Shown: piece after piece, positions 12,178 through 24,275 of the stretch
Numbering within the stretch: position 1 is the first letter of the stretch
Layout of the letters: every line of letters begins with the position of its first letter
Source: Octopus sinensis
Lineage: Eukaryota
NCBI RefSeq assembly: GCF_006345805.1
Contig: NC_043000.1
Location: 138,508,001-138,572,000 of the forward strand
Reading direction: 5' to 3'
DNA length: 64,000 nucleotides
The notes under the pieces: generated by a model
Databases searched by the model: none
What the model was told of the DNA's origin: nothing
The model's input: the letters and a program-made list of their open reading frames with translations, nothing else
Translations under genes and position numbers: made by a program

Positions 12178-12232
12178 CTTCCTCTGCTTCATCAGCAAAG
12201 TATGTGAAGAAAAATTTTTTTGCATCTAGTAA
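12178..12232 (-). CDS. Candidate coding exon, gene unidentified
   Basis: tttcag| and |gtataa bound 55 nt reading LLDAKKFFFTYFADEAEE, phase 0 to 1. Confidence 0.3.
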
Positions 12233-12609
12233 CTGAAATCAAGTCATGAACTTGACTTTTGGGGTAAGATTTTATAATATTTAAAAAAACAAGGAGAAAA
12301 TCATAAGAGTGTTGGATACAGCACATTCCCACTCTTATCTCCTGGTGCTCAAATGGTACTGAGATCAATTTTGCTGTTCACCCTTTCAGAAAAATTGTGT
12401 AAGATAACTAAAACAGACAGGCATACATGTTTGGATAGAGAAAAAAAAAAGGTTCTTGCTCTCACCAGAGGTAAGTGGTGGGATATCCAGGTATTGTAGC
12501 CACATCAAGGATTGTGAGGTGTTAAGTTGATTTGTTGGTGGAGCAGAATCCTTTGCAAAATGTTTGTTTAGAAAATATAGAACCACAAAGAAGACAAGAA
12601 AAGATGCAT

Positions 12610-12841
12610 TTACTCTCTTTTACTCTTTTACTTGTTTCAGTCACTTGAATGTGGCCATGCTGGAGCACTACCTTTAGTCGAGCAAATCGACCCCGGGACT
12701 TATTCTTTGTAAGCCCAGTACTTATTCTATCGGTCTCTTTTGCCGAACTGCTAAGTTACAGGGACGTAAACACACCAGCATCGGTTGTCAAGCGATGTTG
12801 GTGGGGGGGACAAATACAGACGCACAAACATATACACACAC

Positions 12842-12876
<35 letters not shown>

Positions 12877-13281
12877 TCTTTTACTCTTTTACTCTTTTAC
12901 ACTTTTACTTGTTTCAGTAATTTGACTGCGGCCATGCTGGAGCACCGCCTTTAGTCGAGCAAATCGACCCCGGGATTTATTCTTTGTAAGCCCAGTACTT
13001 ATTTTATCAGTCTCTTTTGCTGAACCGCTAAGTGACGGGGACATAAACACACCACCATCGGTTGTCAAGCAATGCTAGGGAGACAAACACACACATACAT
13101 ATATATATATACATATATACGACGGGGTTCTTTCAGTTTCCATCTACCAAATCCACTCACAAGGCTTCGGTCAGCCTGAAGCTATAGTAGAAGACACTTG
13201 CCCAAGGTGCCACGCAGTGGGACTGAACCCAGAACCATGAGGTTAGTAAACAAGCTACTTACCACACAGCCACTCCTACGC
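12610..13281 (-). mobile_element. SINE family A: full copy (12878-13281) plus duplicated 3' half (12610-12878)
   Basis: Tail and body sequence appear twice in tandem. Confidence 0.9.
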
Positions 13282-14794
13282 TTTTCTGGAAGAATTCAAT
13301 TGTAGTAGACTTAAAACTGATTATTATATAGCACAGTATGGGTAGTATTGAAGAGATTATAAATGATTCAGACTTATTGTCTGAAGAAAAGTCCATCTTG
13401 AAATGTTAGAATACACTTCTTTAGCAAATTAACATTATCTAATTTTTTTGAATTGATTGAATTGATTTTTTTCAACACGGACCACGACTGGTCTGTTTAA
13501 CTTTCTAAATGCTAAATTTCCAATAGACTTGTTTATAACTTCTATTGACAAAGACAGCAACAACAATAATCAAAGCCAAAAATCTTGTGCTGCTAATAAC
13601 TATGCAAAGCTTAAACCTATTCTAATTTGGGTCAACAACATTTACTAATCAAATGACTGAATCCTCCATCCACAAATAAGTTTTGTTATCATCAGACTAA
13701 CCCATTTACTCAGTTGTGAAATCATTTATAAAGAATAGTTTTCGGTTTAACAGCGCTCTTATTAATACTAGCACAAGTTATATTGCTTCAAATGCTTATC
13801 AAATAACTCCAGCTGTTTTGAATATGATTCATACAAGGATTTTATACCCATAGTCTATTTTATTTTTTCTTCTATATTTTAGCTTGTCCATTTTTCGGAA
13901 GTTGAGAAAATGCTTTATCGAATCTCAAAGGGATAGGTTTTGATCTTCATCCATCTAGAATTAATGTTATAGACATAAGTCATACACTTGGATCAATTTA
14001 ATCAACCATACTCACCCCAGATTTATGAGTCATTAGAAGTCATAATTTTTTATAAGTATTATAGTGCAAAAATCAATGTGATTCAGTAGAAAGAACTACT
14101 CTCGGACAAGTTAATTTTCAGATTTTTGTACAAAAAGAAACTCAGTTCAAAACTCAAAAATTGAAGTAAATGAATTAATAAAGAGGTCAGTATTGACATA
14201 CTAAAATGCTGAAAACAAGACTTTAATTAACGAAGATCAAACATGTATAAATGAAAGGCAATACCTAATTCAACCAATTAAAGAGAAAGGAACAGTTTGA
14301 AATAAGTAAAAAGAAAAACTCTGTTGTAGCACATTGAAATAATTGATTGACCCAGTGAATTAAAATTAGAAATAAACAATATGAATAGTCTTAATTTTGT
14401 CAGACCTTGTGACAACTTTCAACATGTATCAGCCTTATAAGACCTCATCTTTGACATAATCAGTCATTTACATAACTATCCTTTCTTTGGAGAGAAAGTA
14501 ATATATATGTGCTGAGATTATACATATGCTAGTATGATGAAAACATTATAAAACTTGGGAGAAATTACTCAGGGATATCATCTTCATAGAAAATACATAG
14601 TGAAGTATATGTTACACATTTGTTACAACTGATATATTTATCATCCTTTTCTCTCACTAGTTTTTCTATCAAAAGCTTCCCTTCAATTTGATGTATTTGT
14701 ATTTCAATAGTTTAAAATAACTATGAATAAAAAATTAATATCTTATGTGTATTTCAAGTAATTTCAAATTTGATTTTTAACGATCACGCATAAA

Positions 14795-15100
14795 AGACAC
14801 CATTCGAGCGTGATCGTTACCAGCATCACCTTACTGGGACCTGTGCTGGTGGCATGTGTAAAAGATTCAAGCGTGGTCGTTGCCAGTACCGCCTGTCTGG
14901 CCCCATGCCAGTGGCACATAAAAGCACCTACTACACTCTTGGAGTGGTTGGCGTTAGGAAGGGCATCATCTTGTAGAAACTCTGCCAGATCAAGATTGAA
15001 GCATGATACCCTGGTACAGCCATCTGGTTTGCCAGCCCTCAGTCATTCGTCCAACCCATGTTAGCATGGAAAGCGGATGTTAAGCAATGATAATGATGAG
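14795..15100 (+). mobile_element. RTE-LINE 3' UTR (family B)
   Basis: Family B consensus with (GAT)n-like tail. Confidence 0.9.
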
Positions 15101-15211
15101 TGGTTCATACCAAGATTAGGAAAGAATATTTTGGATGATGTGTGTTGCTTAAAACATAGCAAATGAGTGATTTACATCTTTATGCTCCATAGAAACAAGG
15201 ACTTCTAAAGT

Positions 15212-15598
15212 GGGAAGCACTCCGTCGGTTATGACGATGAGGGTTCCGGTTGATCCGAATCAACGGAACAGCCTGCTCGTGAAATTAACGTGTAAGTGGC
15301 TGAGCACTCCACAGACACGTGCACCCGTAATGTAGTTCTTGGGGGATATTCAGCGTGACACAGAGAGTGACAAGGCCGGCCCCTTGAAATACAGGTACAA
15401 CAGAAACAGGAAGTAAGAGTGAGAGAAAGTTGTGGTGAAAGAGTACAGCAGGGATCACCACCATCTCCTGCCGGAGCCTCGTGGAGCTTTTAGGGGTTTT
15501 CGCTCAATAAACACTCACAACGCCCGGACTTGGAATCGAAAACGCGATCCTATGACCGCGAGTCCACTGCCCTAACCACTGGGCCATTGCGCCTCCAC
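15212..15598 (-). mobile_element. tRNA-derived SINE family C, full length
   Basis: Head gtggaggcgcaatggcccagtggttagggc...ttcgattcc; 11-bp TSD acttctaaagt (15201-15211, 15601-15611). Confidence 0.93.
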
Positions 15599-15935
15599 TC
15601 ACTTCTAAAGTAACGGTAGAAGAGATAGCGACAGAATACAGTGCATCAGTAGGTTTGCTGTTGTGGTGTGTTTGGTGACACTAACAAAAGTCAAGTGGTT
15701 GTAATTTTGATGCAGTTTAAAATGTTCATATACAGACTAGTAGCAATAAGTCAAACATGTGAACGATACTCTAAATTTGGAATTTCTTTGAAGCTTGTAG
15801 AGATTCACCAACTTCTAAGATCTGAAATATTTTCTAGCTTTGATGAAAACTTGCAGAAACCACATTTAGCTATATTATAAAGGCTTGATCATCAGGTTGC
15901 AGTGGTTTTTGTTATTTGATCTTTCTGAATCAAAA

Positions 15936-16538
15936 AGCGATAGTGTTGTATGTGACATACCATGATATATTTAGTAACTGTTGTTTACTAAATGTTGTGT
16001 ACTACTACTTAATAACCAATCAAAATTATCATATGCTCATTAGTCATTAGCTAAAGATATCTAAGCCCTCTATGTATGAAAAAATTGACAAATAGGCGTA
16101 GGAGTGGCTGTGTGGTAAGTAGCTTGCTTACAAACTAGCGATAGTGTTGTATGTGACATACCATGATATATTTAGTAACTGTTGTTTACTAAATGTTGTG
16201 TACTACTACTTAATAACCAATCAAAATTATCATATGCTCATTAGTCATTAGCTAAAGATATCTAAGCCCTCTATGTATGAAAAAATTGACAAATAGGCGT
16301 AGGAGTGGCTGTGTGGTAAGTAGCTTGCTTACCAACTAGCGATAGTGTTGTATGTGACATACCATGATATATTTAGTAACTGTTGTTTACTAAATGTTGT
16401 GTACTACTACTTAATAACCAATCAAAATTATCATATGCTCATTAGTCATTAGCTAAAGATATCTAAGCCCTCTATGTATGAAAAAATTGACAAATAGGCG
16501 TAGGAGTGGCTGTGTGGTAAGTAGCTTGCTTACCAACT
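15936..16538. repeat. Tandem triplication of a 201-bp unit ending in a SINE-A head
   Basis: agcgatagtg starts at 15936, 16137, 16338. Confidence 0.96.
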
Positions 16539-16910
16539 ACATGGTTCCGGGTTCAGTCCCACTGCATAGCACCTTGGGCAAGTGTCTTGTACTGTAGCCT
16601 CGGGCCAACCAAAGCCTTGTGAGTGGATTTGGTAGACAGAAACTGAAAGAAGCCCGTCGTATATATGTATATATATGTATGTATGTGTGTATATGTTTGT
16701 GTGTCTGTGCTGGTCCCCCCAACATCACTTGACAACCGATGCTGGTGTGTTTACGTCCCCCATAACTTAGTGGTTCAACAAAGAAACCGATAGAATAAGT
16801 ACTAGGCTTACAAAGAATAATCCCTGGGGTCGACTTGATTCGACTAAAGGCGGTGCTCCAGCATGGCCACAGTCAAATGACTGAAACAAGTAAAAGAGTA
16901 AAAGAGTAAA
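16496..16910 (+). mobile_element. SINE family A, full length
   Basis: Head to (AGTAAA)n tail complete. Confidence 0.93.
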
Positions 16911-17751
16911 TAAGCTGTAGAATAAAATGAAATGAAATCACATATTAATAGAAGAACAGGTCACAATTCCCTTATGTTCATACCTTTCCGAAGGGCATCA
17001 GGGGTATTAAAACAAAGCCCTGGCTTCAGCCTGAAATCTTTATTTTGTTCAGATTTGACTAGCTGGGTGTTTATTCATCTGTTCGACTACACCACTGAAA
17101 ATATTAAGAAACGCTAAATTTTACCGACATCTTTCAGTAGCCTTCAGATATCTTATCCAAAATGTCACACCCAAATATTATCTAATGTTATAGTTGAGTA
17201 GTTTATTCAGTGTGAGGTAAGCATATTCTTTACATTATGTTATATCACTGAAACAAGTATTATTTGCATCTTCTAAGAAAGAAAACAGTTCCTTAAGAAA
17301 ACTAGCTGTTCCACCCACATTTACAAGCCTATTCAACCCATCTATCATAGAAAATGAAAAAAGATATGGAATAGAAAGGTGAAAATAAATAACAAAACAA
17401 AATCAGTATAACCATTACTGTTTTTGACAAGACTGTCACTATAGAAGGAAAACCTTTCAATAAATTCTGATTGGCAATAAGACTTTTACAACCCTCCTTT
17501 CTTCTTTTATATAATTTAACAGCTAATTTGAAACAAGTAATATATGAATAAGAAGTACAGTTGCATTGAAAATGTTGTAAGCCAACAGAGCAATGTTAAG
17601 TGTATAAAGCAATTAGCTTTAATTACTGGCTCTCATAGAAACTGTAAAGCTCACCATTTCAGTTATCCAAATCAAAGAACAACGTAATTTCAGATCACGC
17701 TGCCATGTATTTGCTAATTGATAGTTATGGCATTCCACCTTCCAATTTCAG

Positions 17752-17789
17752 AGTTTTGAATTCAAGGAAACAGAATATCAACATTTGAA
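17752..17789 (+). CDS. Candidate short coding exon
   Basis: ccttccaatttcag| and |gtgagt; the only open frame is SFEFKETEYQHL, ending phase 2. Confidence 0.4.
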
Positions 17790-18714
17790 GTGAGTGCATA
17801 TCACATCAAATCAAGAACATCACTCTTTTAGGTATACACACATATCATAAAACCTGATAATATGATTAGAGTGTAACAGAGATGGTCAATATATATATAT
17901 ATGTTTGCTGATGCTACTGTTGTTGCTGAGGAGGAGTAGTCACAGGCAGAACCGTTGATGCTGATTTTGGATGTGGTTCCAGGACAAATTATTCAATGCA
18001 AGTTACATGCAATTTGTGATACTGCTTTTAGGAAAATGGGTACATTTCTAGTAATCTGACCATATTAACTTTGATATGCCATCAACTCTGGTTTTTGTTA
18101 ATGTTCTATTGAGGTATAATAGCTTTAAGGTGTTTAACTATCTTTCCTGCCACTGTAGTTTTGCTAGTTACCAATTTTAATCAATTGTGACTAAGATGCA
18201 TTAACCTATTTCAATTTACATTTTAAAACTTGAGTTGTCATTTGTTCATTTTCCTCGTGGTCTTGTTCTAAAATAAATATAGCTTTCATTGATTAAAAGT
18301 TGTCATGCTAATGACATTAAGGATGTTAATGCTTACTTGTCTATCTATCAATCACTTAATTGTGTGTTCTTGGCAGGAATGTAGCAGAAATTGATAGACC
18401 TTACTCAAAAGTGAATCCTTATAGTGCGTTTGAGAAATGGCATGACAAAGCACAATGTTTGACCCTTGATATATCTACCAATATTAATCAATGCAGTACA
18501 GCAATTCTAATAAATTGGTTGTATAGTCTTGACCCACAACTCACGCAATAAGGTGGGTTTGCTATATTGACTACTTATTTCAGTCACAATTTTTATCAAG
18601 CATAAACTATTTCAAGTTTCCAACAAGGTCTTTAAACTTAATATGTTAAGGTTTTGAGATTTACAATCTTTAAGAAATAAAGAGAACAGTTGCCATTATT
18701 TAGCACCTCAGCAA

Positions 18715-18835
18715 GGCAATGAGCTGGCAGAATTATTAGCACACCAAACAAAATGCTTCATCCATCTTTATGTCCTGATTTCAAGGCCAACTTTGCCTTT
18801 CAGCGTTTTTGGGTGGCTAAAATATGTACTGGTTG
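18715..18835 (+). mobile_element. Degenerate SINE family D head/core
   Basis: gagctggcagaattattagcac...caactttgcctttcagc. Confidence 0.65.
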
Positions 18836-19136
18836 AACACTGAAGTTGATGTGATTTGCTATATCCTGCCCACAAAGTCTTGGGATTTGTCCCAATAATT
18901 AGTAAGATTATTTAGGCCCTCAAATATGCCATGGAATGCATCAAGCTTACATCGACAACTTCATTAATAATAAATTTGATTTCTTTATAAAATCATATAG
19001 AATATCATTTCTGGATATTTTCATATTCAATAAAGTAAGAAGACTCAGAATTTATTCTTTTTTGGTTTGATAGGGAGAAAATGGCACTGTCCATGCATTT
19101 TTCTATGGAATGAACAGAGTGAAATTATTCCAGTCA

Positions 19137-19188
19137 CATATATATATATATGTATGTATATGTATGTATATATGTATGAATATGTATG

Positions 19189-19249
<61 letters not shown>

Positions 19250-19260
19250 CATATATATAA

Positions 19261-19299
<39 letters not shown>

Positions 19300-19320
19300 A
19301 CACACACATATATATGTATA
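19137..19320. repeat. (AT)n microsatellite
   Basis: Direct inspection. Confidence 0.95.
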
Positions 19321-20366
19321 TAGAAAACATACAAAAGTGGTTCATTAAGTTGATTCACTATGAACTAATGAATAAAGCACTAAAGATTCAGTATATTTCA
19401 TAGGCATATATTACAATATGCAGTCATTATATAACCAAAGTTTTACGCATTGGGAATTACTCCATGAATCAAGTACAAAACAATTCATTGACAATACAGT
19501 CACTTCCAGACTATTATCCAAACTAATTAGAAACTTAAGACAAGAAAAAAAGATTTGGGCCTACAGCTACATGCCAATATAATGTGTCTGATAACAATAA
19601 TATAGTGCCACGCATGAAAATTAAGTCATCTTAAGTCAAAACATTTTCACAGTAGGCTTAAGCAAGTATAGTTCCTCTAGTTATCTATTATCACATAAAT
19701 ATAAGAAAAAGAGAAAAACAACTATATTACATATCATTAATTCATATTTCATTCTTCATAATATAATTCATTGGAAAAATATATGACTTCTACTGGTAAA
19801 TTAAGATTTAGAGAGAAATTATTATTTTAACGTATATCTCTGTGATTATGTACAAAAGCAGTAAGAGAACAAAACAAAGGAAAACAAACAAAAATACAAA
19901 AATGATAAATTATGTATAACAATTCTCATATGATTATTTCTTAAGTAATATATGTCTTTTGGAATTGAATTTCAGCTGATTTACCAATAGCTATGTACTT
20001 CTGTTTTTCACATTATAATTTTGAGATAATTGCGTTTAAAAATTAATTATCACACTTTCTATGATATTCCAATGTCACAGAGAATAAATATATCTTGTAT
20101 TATCTCAGAATTTATTGCAAATATTATTTCTTTGTATTTGTTTTCTTCTTAGCAAAAATCAAGTCTAGTTAAACTTGAAAAGATGGAATACACCCTGCCC
20201 CCGCCTCTCCTTCCTCATCATCATTGTTACTATCCCCTTCACCATCATTATCATTAACATGTGTAGGTTCATATTTTTCATGCTGGCATGAATTAGGGAA
20301 GATATCCTGAAACTGTGATCTAAGACCAGATACTTTTCCTATTATCAACACTTAATCATTTTCCAG

Positions 20367-20402
20367 GAAAGTAATTTATTCTGAACTTTGCTTATCAAAC
20401 AG
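20367..20402 (+). CDS. Candidate short coding exon
   Basis: cattttccag| and AG|gtaagc; the only open frame is xKVIYSELCLSN, phase 2-2, compatible with 17752-17789. Confidence 0.4.
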
Positions 20403-20489
20403 GTAAGCTGGTATACTTTTGTTTATGATATAAACATCCTTGTTGACTTAGTGGAGTTCAGAATGCATGACATATGGAGAAAAACTTAC

Positions 20490-20519
<30 letters not shown>

Positions 20520-20522
<3 letters not shown>

Positions 20523-20710
20523 GTTGGCGATTTTTTTCCCTCTGTCTTCCCTTCTCCGGATCTTTCCTTCTTCTATGTTTCCAACGAAGAGCTCCGCTCG
20601 AAACGTTAAACCCTCCTTCTTCCCTTCTTTTCTGAGCATCCAATAATACTATATTTGTTCCACGTCCTCGCGTTGTTGTGGTTTTTTTTTGTGCTTTCTT
20701 GTTTGGATTA

Positions 20711-20715
<5 letters not shown>
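20520..20715 (+). mobile_element. Probable Penelope-like element terminal repeat
   Basis: Pyrimidine-rich segment with cgaagagctccgctcgaaacgtt motif, between (AT)n tracts; family assignment is inference. Confidence 0.5.
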
Positions 20716-20741
<26 letters not shown>

Positions 20742-20900
20742 CATCATCATCATCATCATCGTTTAACGTCCGTTCTCCATGCTAGCATGGGTTGGACGGT
20801 TCGACCGGGGTTCTGGGAAGCCAGAAGGCTGCACCAGGCTCCAGTCTAATCTGGCAATGTTTCTACAGCTGGATGCCCTTCCTGACGCCAACCACTCCGT
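20742..20900 (-). mobile_element. RTE-LINE 3' UTR (family B), short
   Basis: (CAT)n then gtttaacgtccg...ggatgcccttcctgacgccaaccactcc. Confidence 0.9.
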
Positions 20901-20910
20901 ATATATATAC

Positions 20911-20962
<52 letters not shown>

Positions 20963-21285
20963 GAGTGTTGGGCCTCATGGAGGCAATGACCAAGACCTTT
21001 GACATTACATTGTGCTTGAGAAGATGACTCATCAAGCTGAGTAAAATTGCTGTCATTGCAGATAACTGGTGTTACACAAATTATCAGCTGTGCTGGTAGC
21101 ACATATAAGCACCCATTACACTCTCAGACTGGCTGGCTTTAGGAAGGGCATCAGGCCATAGAAAACTATGCCAAATCAGACTAGATTTTGGTAGAGCCTT
21201 CCAGCAAGCCAGCCCAGTCAAACCGTCCAACCCATACCAGCATGGACAACGAACGTTAAATGATGCTGATAATGATGATGATGTG
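20963..21285 (+). mobile_element. RTE LINE ORF end plus 3' UTR (family B)
   Basis: caatgaccaagacctttg (DRDLW-like region) joined to family B UTR. Confidence 0.8.
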
Positions 21286-21304
21286 TGTGTGTGTGTTTTA
21301 TATG

Positions 21305-21672
21305 CTCTTTTAATTGTTTCAGTCATTTGATTGCGGCCATGCTGGAGCAATGCCTTAAAGGGTCTTAGTTAAAGAAACTGATTCAGGGACTTATTATTTG
21401 TAAGCCTAGTACTTATTCTATCGGTCTGTTGTGCTGAAACACTAAGTCATAGGGACACAAACACATCAGCATCAGTTGTGAAGCAATCATAGGGAGACAA
21501 ACAGAGATACACACACACATAAATATGTAGATATATATATATCTGACAGCTTTGGTTGGCCAGACCCTAACCCTAACCCTAACCCTAACCCAAGGTGCCA
21601 CACAGTGGGATTGAACTTGGAACCATGTGGTTGGTAAGCAAGGTTCTTACACGCAACCATATCTGCACCTGT
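21305..21672 (-). mobile_element. SINE family A, internally deleted and carrying a telomeric repeat insertion
   Basis: Family A flanks; ~38-nt deletion after gacag; (ccctaa)4 at 21565-21588. Confidence 0.88.
21565..21591 (-). repeat. Interstitial telomeric repeat GGG(TTAGGG)4
   Basis: ccctaa x4 plus ccc, perfect. Confidence 0.92.
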
Positions 21673-21675
21673 ATA

Positions 21676-21719
<44 letters not shown>

Positions 21720-22413
21720 TATATATATATACAGATATATATACATATATATATACATTTATATATACGTATATATATGTGTGTGTGCGTATGTGTGTGT
21801 GTGTGTATGCACACATACCGACATGCATGCATACATAGATATTCACACACACATATGCACTTACATATAAATACTACCTATGGTTTAGTTTTGATTTCTG
21901 GCTAGCATTGCATAACATGTATTAATAATGATCTGGGAAAATACAAGAAAATCGCATTAGCTATTTCACCTTCTTTGACAAATCCCAATCCTTAAAACTG
22001 ATAATATTGCTGCCACACTGAATCATTATTACGGTAAGAATTATTGTGTCAGACTAAGATTCTGATATGCTAAGGATGTAACCTGATTATTATTTCAAAT
22101 TATGACTGTTTCACGTTCGTTTGTAACACATTTATTTCTCAGAGTATTAAATATTGCAGTTCACCGTGGCATTGTGTTTTTTTTTTTAATGTTTTGTGTT
22201 TTTATGCATATGTAAAAGCATTTTGATGTTAGAATTCCTTTTTGAGTAAGTTCCATTATTTTGTAAAATAGCATATTTCTATAGAATCCCACAAGATCAA
22301 CTCTTGTGCATCTGGTAGACAGAGGTTAATTTATATTTAATTTATACTGGCATGGTGTTTATGCATACACACCCATATATATTGATACACACACAAATGT
22401 ATATATATGCATA

Positions 22414-22471
<58 letters not shown>

Positions 22472-22550
22472 TGTATGTATATATATACATATACATATAT
22501 ACATGAGTATATATAAAAAAATATATATATATATATATGTATGTGTGTAA

Positions 22551-22595
<45 letters not shown>

Positions 22596-22724
22596 ATTAA
22601 GATTCACTTGAATTGGGTGGTGCTTAAGTTGAGGCACCAAGTCAGTCTGGCATTGTCTGTTAGGTGAATAAAATTATATATGCATATATACATATATATA
22701 TATATGCATATATACATACATTCA

Positions 22725-23210
22725 TAATCCTTTTTTGTGCAGCCCAATTCCCTCTTCTTCTCCTATGAATAACTTCCTACTGATACACCCTTATCACTAT
22801 ATGTCGCTCGCACCCTCTCCCAACCACCACTCTTTTTGCAACATACCAATCGACAACACAACTTTCGTCTCATATCTTTTTCCATTCTACTGTAATATTG
22901 CTTTGCTGATTGATCTTCACCTCTTATTTACTGGCAGTCATCCCCTCCTCTCCCCTACCTTCCTTCGATCTTTATTTACCACTCACTACATTCACCCACC
23001 TCCCTCACCCTATCTCTAACCATCCCTGTCCCTCCCTATATACACTTTCAACCTCTACTCACCAAACCTTCTTCCTACTATGTTGTCTCTAGTTTCCCTT
23101 CTAATTACCTTTGTGTACCTTGAGTGCTCATCCTGATACTTTGTCACCAACATCGTTATTGCTATTCTCAGCTCCATTCTGATAACTCTCATTCAGTCAT
23201 ATAATGTACA
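22725..23210 (+). repeat. Pyrimidine-rich old repeat, possibly Penelope/LINE 3' region
   Basis: Strong C/T skew unlike flanks; no recognisable coding motif. Confidence 0.3.
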
Positions 23211-23544
23211 GTAGTCATGTGTGTATGTGTATGTGTGTACGTTTATTTCTCCTCATACTTCCTTTCATATATCACATAATGTCTCTCACCCCATCCTTCA
23301 TATTTTATGAACAGTTTTTCCAATTCCATGATAGCTTTTCTTTCTTGTTACCCTCATGGGGAAAGTTTATATTGTATGTATCTCTTCAAACATTGCCTCA
23401 TTAACGGCTTATATGCAGATTTATATGTATATATGCATGTGTATGTATGTCTTTTAAATATATGTGTGTGTTTGTGCGTGTGTTTGTGTGTGTGTGTATG
23501 TGTGTGTATAAATATAGATATATATAAACATATATATTCTGTCT

Positions 23545-23762
23545 GGCATTTGCCATGATAGATCGCTAGCCACAACACATTCTTTATTTTCTCTCTTTAT
23601 TTTCTCTCTTTATTTTCTCTCCTTATTTCTTTCTGTGTTCCTTTCTGTGGAAGAGCATAGGCTTGAAACATTAAAGACTTTTTCATTAATACATCTGTTA
23701 TACTAATACATCTGTTTGTTGTCTACACCATCTTTCTTCGTGTTTTTCTTGTGAATTCTCCC

Positions 23763-23765
<3 letters not shown>
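23545..23765 (+). mobile_element. Probable Penelope-like terminal repeat
   Basis: gaagagcataggcttgaaacatt motif, same architecture as 20520-20715, ends in (AT)n. Confidence 0.45.
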
Positions 23766-23825
<60 letters not shown>

Positions 23826-23859
23826 GTGTGTATACATGTATAAGTTTGTATGTGAGTGT

Positions 23860-23904
<45 letters not shown>

Positions 23905-23905
<1 letters not shown>

Positions 23906-24070
23906 GGCACAGGAATGGCTGTATCGTAAGGGGTTTTGTTTCCCAACCACATGGTTCTGGGTTCAGTCCCACTGTATGAGATCTTGTTCAGATGATTTCA
24001 ACCATAGCCTAGGGTCAACCAAAGCTTTGTGAGTAAATTTGGTAGATGGAAACTGAAAGAAGCCCACCAT
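23905..24070 (+). mobile_element. SINE family A 5' half
   Basis: Head and body up to gaaagaagccc, then (AT)n linker; 3' half absent. Confidence 0.8.
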
Positions 24071-24093
24071 ATATATATATATAAACATATATA

Positions 24094-24275
24094 CAGGAGT
24101 TGGACAAAATAATGGAAATGCCTTATAATTTCAACCAATATTATCTTAATATGGGGTAGGTAATTATTGCCTTTGGCAGTAATTACAGCTTGAATTTTAT
24201 GTGGTATGGGCTCGTACAAAGTTTGAATTGTTTCCAAAGGAAACAATTCCATTCTTCAATTAAAACAGTCTCCAG
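24094..24275 (-). mobile_element. Tc1-like transposon 3' end
   Basis: TA|CAGGAGTTGGACAAAAT terminus; minus-strand PLETIQTLYEPIPHKIQAVITAKG, Tc1 transposase C-terminus. Confidence 0.8.

Noticed and set aside
15936-16538. Regular repeats as a possible CRISPR-like array
   Set aside because: Whole units are identical with no unique spacers; eukaryotic context
17147-17185. DILSKMSHPNII, kinase subdomain III-IV-like peptide
   Set aside because: Stops on both sides and no other kinase motifs found nearby; probably chance
20169-20351. Acidic ORF (NDNDGEGDSNNDDEEGE) and opposite-strand His/Pro-rich frame
   Set aside because: Composition explained by decayed (CAT)n; no convincing donor on either strand
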